A stretch of 64,000 bases of DNA from Isurus oxyrinchus. Lineage: Eukaryota. This document shows positions 48,301 to 56,200 of the stretch, piece by piece; positions within the stretch are counted from its first letter, which is position 1; every line of letters starts with the position of its first letter. The position numbers were made by a program, and so were the translations under genes. A model generated the notes under the pieces. It searched no databases, was not told where the DNA came from, and was given only the letters and a program-made list of their open reading frames with translations. The stretch is taken from assembly GCA_026770705.1 (NCBI GenBank), contig JANJGN010000016.1, positions 28,148,001 to 28,212,000 of the forward strand, read 5' to 3'.

Positions 48301-51300
48301 CTGTCTCAGTCCAGGCAGGGACAGGGACTGAGAAAGAGATGGACAGGCAGGGACAGGACTGAGAAAGAGACGGACAGGCAGGGACAGAGACTGAGAAAGA
48401 GACGGACAGGCAGGGAGAATGGAAGACGGGTGGGGCAGATCAAGAGGGAGGACGGGAAGAACACGGGGACAGAGCGAGGGAGAGAGAGAGGAGAAGGAGC
48501 CTTTCCCAGGGCTTTTTTTTCTTTATTCTTTCATGGGATTTGGGTATCACTGGCCAGCATTTGTTTCCCATCCTTAATTGCCCTTATACTGAATGGCTTG
48601 CTAGGCATTGCAGAGGGCAGATTCGAATCAACCACACTGGGTTAATGTTAAACCACCCACTCAGTGTACTTGGCCTTTATCTGGAGGGAGGGAGGGGGAA
48701 AGCACTTTCACTAGTGTTTATAGTCCATATTCCTGCAACTCAGAGATTTTTCAGTCATTATCGAAGTGGTGGGATCTTGCACTGCGCAAACTGGCTGCTG
48801 CCTTTTCTACTTCGCAACAGTGACTACTTCACTTCATTTCCTCTCTTTATTTCCAGCATTTTTGACATAAATATTCATTAAGGTGCTCCGGAAGGTCCTG
48901 AGAGAGTGGGAAGGGTGGCTATATAAATGCAAGTCTCGTTTTGTAAAGGGAAGAAGCACTTGCATTTGTGCAGCACCTTTTCACTCCCTCAGGTTGCCCC
49001 ATAGCTCTTCTCCAGCAATTTATGGCAAAAGCAAAAATACTGCAGATGCTGAAAATCTGTCTCTCACTCCCTGTTCCTGCCTGTCCGTCTCTTTCTCACT
49101 CCCTTGTTCGTCTGTCCGTCTCTTTCTCACTTCCTGCCTGTCCGTCCGTCTGTCTCTTTCTCACTCCCTTGTTCGTCTGTCCGTCTGTCTCTTTCTCACT
49201 CCCTTGTTCATCTGTCCGTCTGTCTCTTTCTCACTCCCTTGTTCGTCCATCCGTCTCTTTCTCACTCCCTTGTTCGTCTGTCCGTCTCTTTCTCACTTCC
49301 TGCCTGTCCGTCTCTTTTTCACTCCCTTGTTCGTCTGTCCGTCTCTTTCTCACTTCCTGCCTGTCCGTCTCTTTCTCACTCCCTTGTTTGTCCGTCCGTC
49401 TGTCTCTTTCTCACTCCCTTGATTGTCCGTCCGTCTGTCTCTTTCTCACTCCCCTGTTCGTCCGTCCGTCTCTTTCTCACTCCCTTGTTCGTCTGTCCGT
49501 CTCTTTCTCACTTCCTGCCTGTCCGTCTCTTTCTCACTCTCTTGATCGTCCGTCCGTCCGTCTCTTTCTCACTCCCTTGTTCGTCCGTCCGTCTGTCTCT
49601 TTCTCACTCCCCTGTTCGTCTGTCCGTCTCTTTCTCACTTCCTGCCTGTCCGTCTCTTTCTCACTCTCTTGATCGTCCGTCCGTCCGTCTCTTTCTCACT
49701 CCCTTGTTCGTCCGTCCGTCTCTTTCTCACTCCCTTGTTCCGTCTGTCCGTCTCTTTCTCACTTCCTGCCTGTCCGTCTCTTTCTCACTCCCTTGTTCGT
49801 CCGTCCGTCCGTCTCTTTCTCACTCCCTTGATCGTCCGTCCGTCTCTTTCTCACTCCCTTGTTCGTCCGTCCGTCCGTCTCTTTCTCACTCCCTTGTTCG
49901 TCCGTCCGTCCGTCTCTTTCTCACTCCCTTGTTCGTCCGTCCGTCCGTCTCTTTCTCACTCCCTTGTTCGTCCGCCTGCCCGTCTCTTTCTCACTCCCTT
50001 GTTCGTCCGCCCGCCCGTCTCTTTCTCACTCCCTTGTTCGTCCGTCCGCCCGTCTTTCTCACTCCCTTGATCGTCCGTCCGTCCGTCTCTTTCTCGCTCC
50101 CTTGTTCGTCCGTCCGGCCGTCTCTTTCTCACTCCCTTGTTCGCCCGTCCGTCCGTCTCTTTCTCGCTCCCTTGTTCGTCCGTCCGCCCGTCTCTTTCTC
50201 ACTCCCTTGTTCGTCCGCCCGCCCGTCTCTTTCTCACTCCCTTGTTCGTCCGTCCGCCCGTCTCTTTCTCACTCCCTTGTTCGTCCGCCCGCCCGTCTCT
50301 TTCTCACTCCCTTGTTCGTCCGTCCGCCCGTCTCTTTCTCACTCCCTTGTTCGTCCGTCCGCCCGTCTCTTTCTCACTCCCTTGTTCGTCCGTCCGCCCG
50401 TCTCTTTCTCACTCCCTTGTTCGTCCGTCCGTCCGCCCGTCTCTTTCTCACTCCCTTGTTCGTCCGTCCGCCCGTCTCTTTCTCACTCCCTTGTTCGTCC
50501 GTCCGTCCCTTTCTCACTCCCTTGTTCGTCCGTCCGTCCGTCTCTTTCTCACTCCCTTGTTCGTCCGTCCGTCTCTTTCTCACTCCCTTGTTCGTCCGTC
50601 CGTCTCTTTCTCACTCCCTTGTTCGTCCGTCCGTCCGTCTCTTTCTCACTCCCTTGTTCGTCCGTCCGCCCGTCTCTTTCTCACTCCCTTGTTCGTCCGT
50701 CCGCCCGTCTCTTTCTCACTCCCTTGTTCGTCCGCCCGCCCGTCTCTTTCTCACTCCCTTGTTCGTCCGCCCGCCCGTCTCTTTCTCACTCCCTTGTTCG
50801 CCCGCCCGCCCGTCTCTTTCTCACTCCCTTGTTCGCCCGTCCGCCCGTCTCTTTCTCACTCCCTTGTTCGTCCGTCCGCCCGTCTCTTTCTCACTCCCTT
50901 GTTCGTCCGTCCGCCCGTCTCTTTCTCACTCCCTTGTTCGTCCGTCCATCTCTTTCTCACTCCCTTGTTCGTCCGTCCGTCTCTTTCTCACTCCCTTGTT
51001 CGTCCGTCCGTCCGTCTCTTTCTCACTCCCTTGTTCGTCCGTCCGTCCGTCTCTTTCTCACTCCCTTGTTCGTCCGTCCGTCCGTCTCTTTCTCACTCCC
51101 TTGTTCGTCCGTCTCTTTCTCACTCCCTTGTTCGTCCGTCCGTCCGTCTCTTTCTCACTCCCTTGTTCGTCCGTCCATCCGTCTCTTTCTCACTCCCTTG
51201 TTCGTCCGTCCGTCTGTCTCTTTCTCACTCCCTTGTTCGTCCGTCCGTCCGTCTCTTGCTCACTCCCTTGTTCGTCCGTCCGTCTCTTTCTCACTCCCTT

Positions 51301-53076
51301 GTTCGTCCGTCCGTCTCTTTCTCACTCCCTTGTTCGTCCGCCTCTTTCTCACTCCCTTGTTTATCCGTCCGTCTGTCTCTTTCTCCAGCTCCATCCCTTG
51401 CTCAGACTGTCTCCGCCCCGTTCTCTGTTGCTTTCTCCATCCCCGCCCTCCTCTGCATCCCTTTCTCTGCCCCCCGCCCCCCCTCCATTGCTTTCTCCGT
51501 CCCCGCCCTCCTCTCTGTCCCTTTCTCCTTCCCCGCCTCCCTCTCTGTCACTTTCTCCGTCCCCGCCTCCCTCTCTGTCACTTTCTCCGTCCCCGACCCC
51601 TCTCCGTCCCTTTCTCCGTCCCCGCCCCCCTCTCTGTCGCTTTCTCTGTCCCCGTTTCTCTCTTTATCCGTTCCCACCCCCCGTCTCTCTTTCTCTGTTC
51701 CCGCCCCCCTCTCTGTCGCTTTCTCCGTCCCCGTCTCTTTCCGTTCCCGTCTCTCTCTTTTTCTGTTCCCGTCCCCCCGTCTCTCTCTTTCTCTGTTCCC
51801 GTCCCCCCGTCTCTCTCTTTCTCTGTTCCCGTCCCCCCGTCTCTCTCTTTCTCTGTTCCCGTCCCCCCGTCTCTCTCTTTCTCTGTTCCCGTCCCCCCGT
51901 CTCTCTCTTTCTCTGTTCCCGTCCCCCCGTCTCTCTCTTTCTCTGTTCCCGTCCCCCCGTCTCTCTCTTTCTCTGTTCCCGTCCCCCCGTCTCTCTCTTT
52001 CTCCGTTCCCGTCCCCCCGTCTCTCTCTTTCTCCGTTCCCGTCCCCCCCTCTCTCTCTTTCTCCGTTCCCGTCTCTCTCTTTCTCCGTTCCCGTCCCCCC
52101 GTCTCTCTCTTTCTCCGTTCCCGTCCCCCCCTCTCTCTTTCTCCGTTCCCGTCCCCCCGTCTCTCTCTTTCTCCGTTCCCGTCCCCCCCGTCTCTCTCTT
52201 TCTCCGTTCCCGTCCCCCCCGTCTCTCTCTTTCTCCGTTCCCGTCCCCCCCGTCTCTCTTTCTCCGTTCCCGTCCCCCCGTCTCTCTCTTTCTCCGTTCC
52301 CGTCCCCCCGTCTCTCTCTTTCTCCGTTCCCGTCCCCCCGTCTCTCTCTTTCTCCGTTCCCGTCCCCCCGTCTCTCTCTTTCTTTGTTCCCGTCCCCCCG
52401 TCTCTCTCTTTCTCTGTTCCCGTCCCCCCCTCCCTCTCTTTCTCCGTTCCCGTCCCCCCGTCTCTCTCTTTCTTTGTTCCCGTCCCCCTGTCTCTCTCTT
52501 TCTCTGTTCCCGTCCCCCCGTCTCTCTCTTTCTCCGTTCCCGTCCCCCCGTCTCTCTCTTTCTCCGTTCCCGTCCCCCCGTCTCTCTCTTTCTTTGTTCC
52601 CGTCCCCCCGTCTCTCTCTTTCTCTGTTCCCGTCCCCCCCTCCCTCTCTTTCTCCGTTCCCGTCCCCCCGTCTCTCTCTTTCTTTGTTCCCGTCCCCTGT
52701 CTCTCTCTTTCTCTGTTCCCGTCCCCCCGTCTCTCTCTTTCTCCGTTCCCGTCCCCCCGTCTCTCTCTTTCTCCGTTCCCGTCCCCCGTCTCTCTCTTTC
52801 TCTGTTCCCGTCCCCCCCTCCCTCTCTTTCTCCGTCCCTGTCTGTCTGTCTCTTTCATTGTCCCTGTCACTGACTGACAGACAGACACAGGGACTGAGAA
52901 AGAGGCAGACAGAGGGACAGGGACTGAGAAAGACAGACACGGACAGACTGTCTCTTTCTCAGTCACCGTCTCTTTCCCGGTGTCTGTCCCCGTCCATCTC
53001 AGTCCCGGCCCGTCTGTCCCGGCCCGTCTGTCCGTTTGTCGGTCTGACTCTGGGCTCTCCAGCTCCTTACCTGCAT
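30267..53076 (-). CDS. MED8: Mediator of RNA polymerase II transcription subunit 8, complete spliced CDS (270 aa)
   Basis: complement(join(30267..30331,33809..34054,35847..35934,38509..38649,42496..42640,44771..44892,53071..53076)), 813 nt, GT-AG introns. Peptide [15 protein letters not shown]...[20 protein letters not shown]...[31 protein letters not shown]...[14 protein letters not shown] matches MED8. Confidence 0.96.
30690..33050. mobile_element. Nested cluster: MITE split by a LINE (30872-31478 plus 32598-32750), itself split by a CR1 (31480-32597, minus)
   Basis: Outer LINE resumes collinearly across the CR1 when compared with the uninterrupted copy at 39781-39960; CR1 peptide [19 protein letters not shown]. 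Confidence 0.75.
33809..34054 (-). CDS. MED8: MED8 exon 6
   Basis: tcttag|[29 protein letters not shown]...QQGQP G|gtaagt. Confidence 0.95.
34395..34600 (-). mobile_element. Ancient tRNA-derived SINE, AmnSINE2-like
   Basis: Minus strand tactgagcctatagaccaggaaggtctc...ggagggtaaaatgaactagtgttcatttcctgat resembles recalled AmnSINE2 consensus; related decayed pieces ~6215-6400, ~45280-45420, ~55950-56075. Confidence 0.5.
35195..35820 (-). mobile_element. CR1 endonuclease-region fragment
   Basis: [26 protein letters not shown]; ILDLVL. Confidence 0.85.
35847..35934 (-). CDS. MED8: MED8 exon 5
   Basis: ctgcag|[30 protein letters not shown]|gtacac. Confidence 0.92.
37330..38097 (-). mobile_element. 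CR1-type LINE 3' fragment
   Basis: [19 protein letters not shown] plus CR1 3'UTR. Confidence 0.8.
38509..38649 (-). CDS. MED8: MED8 exon 4
   Basis: tcgtag|[47 protein letters not shown]|gtatgg (absent from ORF track). Confidence 0.95.
39195..40290 (-). mobile_element. LINE 3' fragment (second family) with A-rich tail
   Basis: [15 protein letters not shown]...[13 protein letters not shown]; T-run at the 3' end ~39195. Confidence 0.8.
40393..40660 (+). mobile_element. tRNA-derived SINE with recognisable Pol III boxes
   Basis: A-box-like tggcacactgg and B box ggttcgagtccc; no full cloverleaf. Confidence 0.6.
42272..42465 (-). mobile_element. Degenerate palindromic Penelope-derived element
   Basis: gctggaaaaactcagtaggtctgg ... 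cctgagctgctgcatatttccagc; ~30 bp from the MED8 exon 3 donor. Confidence 0.7.
42496..42640 (-). CDS. MED8: MED8 exon 3
   Basis: ttccag|[20 protein letters not shown]...SPDRDDELT|gtaggt. Confidence 0.95.
43085..43505 (-). mobile_element. Deu-domain SINE
   Basis: Reverse complement of tcctggcctatatttatccctcaatcaacgtcac...attgctgtttgcgggaacttgctg core. Confidence 0.75.
44771..44892 (-). CDS. MED8: MED8 exon 2
   Basis: ccatag|[42 protein letters not shown]|gtaagg. Confidence 0.93.
45429..45510 (+). mobile_element. Penelope terminal fragment with intact hammerhead core
   Basis: CTGAAGA-a-gggtc-atatg-gacac-GAAACGTT followed by gatgctgctagacctgctgagtttttccagc. Confidence 0.7.
46123..46480 (+). mobile_element. 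tRNA-headed Deu-domain SINE (SacSINE1-like)
   Basis: A box ggctcagtgg, B-box-like ttcaagtccc, Deu core ctttcagatgagac...tcctggccaatatttatccc. Confidence 0.75.
46491..49057. repeat. Large inverted duplication: arms ~46491-47300 and ~48410-49057, minisatellite spacer
   Basis: Arms are near reverse complements; ORF track shows near-identical peptides on opposite strands (46860-47279 vs 48540-48881). Confidence 0.95.
47300..48310. repeat. Pyrimidine-rich minisatellite, 26/30-bp units (tctctttctcactccctgtccg[tccg]n)
   Basis: Directly visible. Confidence 0.95.
49060..51385. repeat. Pyrimidine-rich minisatellite, mostly 31/35-bp units (tctctttctcactcccttgttcg[tccg/cccg]n)
   Basis: Directly visible; unit length varies in 4-bp steps. 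Confidence 0.97.
51410..52840. repeat. Pyrimidine-rich minisatellite, 30-bp unit (ctctctctttctcYgttcccgtccccccgt)
   Basis: Directly visible; near-perfect copies from 51781. Confidence 0.97.
53071..53076 (-). CDS. MED8: MED8 exon 1 coding part (MQ)
   Basis: Minus strand gagATGCAG|gtaagg in CpG island; two-codon first exon as recalled for vertebrate MED8. Confidence 0.85.
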
Positions 53077-53263
53077 CTCAGCCTGAGCTCGGCCTCGTCG
53101 GCTTCCGGTTCCGGGTGGGCAGAGAGGGGGAGGGGAGGGGGAGGGGGTCGGAGGTCAGAGAGCCGGAGGGCGGGGTCAGGAGATGATCTGGGATTGAGAG
53201 CGGCGACTGTAATCGATAAGGCGGCGGAGGCGGCGGCAGCGGGCATGAGAGCGGCCAGCGAGC
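53077..53263. promoter_or_regulatory. MED8/SZT2 bidirectional CpG-island promoter and 5'UTRs
   Basis: Divergent start codons 187 bp apart. GC/CpG-rich, with tandem ETS/GABP-like motifs (cttccggttccgg, 53102-53114), GC boxes (gggcgggg ~53168) and no TATA. Confidence 0.85.
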
Positions 53264-53290
53264 ATGTCCGGGGGAGAGAGAGACGGCGAG
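53264..53290 (+). CDS. SZT2: SZT2 exon 1 coding part (MSGGERDGE)
   Basis: agcATG, 9 codons, phase-0 donor GAG|gtaaag, in frame with exon 2. Confidence 0.8.
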
Positions 53291-56200
53291 GTAAAGCGGA
53301 GGCTGCGGGGTGGGGTTCGGGTTAGTGTCTGTGAAGAGTGACAAGGGTCTGAGAGAGAGAGAGAGAGAGCGAGAGGGGTACCTGCTCCTACCCCTGCCCC
53401 CTGGCTCCAGGCACCGACAAGGTCTGGGCACCCTCTCTGGCTAACCTGGCTGCAGCGTTGCTCCTGTCCAACTTTACCGGGCATTTGAACAAGCGTCACT
53501 TTCTCCCTCTGGATTTTGGAGAGGCAAAGTCAAGCGCCCAGCGCATAATTTGTGCCTCTCTTTGAGGCTGAAAATTGCAGTACAGTGTTTGTTTGTAACG
53601 GTGGGGGGTGGGGGGGGGGGGAGGGTGGTGTCCCATTTGTAAACTTCGGGTTTCATCAGCAAACCAACCTTGAAGGGAACCCATGCGACACTCCTTTTTC
53701 TTTTTAAAAAAAAATAATAAATTCCTCCTGTTGTCTTCACGAAGTAAAACAGATAGTCCTGGTAAAACTCAGCCGGTCTGGCAGCATCTGTGCAAAGAGA
53801 AACGGAATTAATGTTTTGAGCCCAATTTGACTCTTCTTCGGTTCCGAAGGGAAGAGTCTTGAAACGTTAATTCAGTTTCCGTCTCCAAAGATGCTGCCAG
53901 ACCAGCTGAGATCTGTTTCTATTTCAGATCTCCAGCATCTGCAGTATTTTGCTTCTATTTTAGTGTCTTCACTATGTACATTGCTGAAAGTTGCTTTCTT
54001 AGGGATGGGCAGTACATGCTGGCCTGGCCATTGATGCTCACACCCCATGAAATAATAAATTAAAAAAATGCCTCCTCAATATTTGTTGGGGCATTCATTC
54101 TTTGTGGATGCTACCTATTGGTACAGACAAAATATGAATTGCTTCCTGTGCAAGCGGAAGGCAGCTGCATGTATCACACTTCAGTAGCTTGAGATTTGCA
54201 TTTTTGGGTTTTATAAACTTTAAGCCTAGTTTATAAAATTCTCCAATCTTCATAATTATGGGGTTTAACTCTAATATCGGATGATTTTTATAGTGAGATA
54301 ACTATATCTAGTATACAGATACTAAGAAGGCTACATCAAAATATACAACTGATTGAAATAGAATAGCTGCAAGAGCAGGAATTAATATCTGTGGTGCAGG
54401 AATTTAGGCTACAAAAATGCTGTATGTAGGCATGCTGGCAAAAATGTAGTGCTTGGGATCAGTGTAATGTTAGGGATATATAGCTGGTGGGTAAGGGCTG
54501 CTTTATGTTTGGAAATTTCTAACTGGATGTTAGAAGTTTAATTTAAATAGAACTCCATTTTCCCATTAATATCACATCTTATGATGGTGAAGTGCTCCCT
54601 GCATCTAACACTGAGATTAACTGTGTCACAGTAGACCTGCAGGATAACAGCTTTGATGCTTTTTGAATATTTCTTGGCTCATGCTGGAGCATGAGACATT
54701 TCACAAAATGATTGTGTTAGGCTAAAGAAAGATGCCTGGTCTAGAATATCAGGAGAAAGAATTTAAGGCAGTAAATTCTGTGTTGGGTTTGAAATGAACT
54801 CTTACTTGTAACCAACAGGGGAATGGCATATGAGAACATAACTGCATTTTGAATGGGAAGTAAACATTATGTTTAATAGTCTCCTTCTTCTAACTGGCGA
54901 TGTGTAACATAGACTTCCCTGGAGACCTTAGTTTACTTAATTTTACTATCATTTAATACAAAGACTAAAGAAAGAAAGCAAACTAAAATGAACGCATAAC
55001 AAGAAAATCATTCAAATCTCATTGCTACAAACTCATGGGGGTCCAAGTACTTAAAGTCTTATTAAGGTATGTTCTCTTATATTACCACTATTAGAGTTTT
55101 TGGTGACCTAAAGGAATTTCTCAAGTTCCAAGGTATTTACTTATATTTTTTGTTTGGCAGGTGGAAGAAGCAGGCCAGGTTTTCCTACTCATGAAGAAGG
55201 AATATCGGATTTCCCGCAATGTGAGATTAGCTTGGTTTCTCAGCAAGCTCAATCAAAGCATTCGACCGATGTCAGAGTCCGAGCTTGTGAGTGAAAGGGT
55301 TGGGGGAATTGTTCTAAGTCCTGTTTCTGAGTGCATGGGTGAAGTAGAGGGCCCTGCTGGAATAATGGGAACCTACCCAGGCATATTAATCTTTGTATGA
55401 AATGTAAATTGCACTCTCTGTACATTGGGAGAAAATAAGATGGTCGTGAATGTTGTTGACACAGATCATTTATTGGTAACACAAGTGGTTTCAGGATATT
55501 TGTTGAAATATGAAAGCAACCTCCCCCACAGGGCCAATGCCACTTGCTTCAATGTTGCACTTTCACAGAGCGCTGACCCTTGTTCTGCTATTAACACATT
55601 CTGCCACTATCATCAACTTCTTTACCCCTTACCACTACCATTAGCACTCCCTTTGTCTTGTCCATGACATCTTCTTTTGTCTCTCCTTAGTTCCCACCTA
55701 TCCCTGACCTTCTATCTTGCTTCACCTGCTCCACCCCTCCTAAACAGTGTAAAATCCATCGCATTTCTACTTCTCTTTAGCTCTGAAGAAGAGGCATATG
55801 TACTCAAAGCATTAACTTGGTTTCTCTCTTCAAAGATGCTGCCAGACCTGCTGAGTTTTCCAGCATTTTATGTTTTTATTTGTTGAAATAGAATGTTTCA
55901 CTTAATTAATTCCATTGTCCTCTTGCCTTTCCAATCAGGAATGTGAATCATCTTACTTTTTTGTCCTTCCCCTGCCCAAGGATACTGAAGTCAATTGTCC
56001 TGCCCCTGAGGTTAACTAATACAATATATATTGTGACCTCCTCAGTCTGCGTGGCTCAGTGTAACACTACAGAGTACTGGGAGCCACTTGTTATGGCATG
56101 GTGAATGGTAAATGCTGAGCTGTTCAAATTCCAGTGGGAAACTTTGAAACAACTGTCAGATCTATTTTACAATTCGCAAAAATTGCTGGAAAAACTCAGC

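Noticed and set aside
47300-52840. Regular ~30-35-bp periodicity resembling a CRISPR array
   Set aside because: No unique spacers and no cas genes; eukaryotic context; these are tandem minisatellites.
46969-53325. Very long ORFs (558, 1257, 1004, 1062, 512, 462 aa) on both strands
   Set aside because: Open in several frames only because the C/T-rich repeats rarely form stop codons. The peptides are periodic, with no domain or splice support, and lie in MED8 intron 1.
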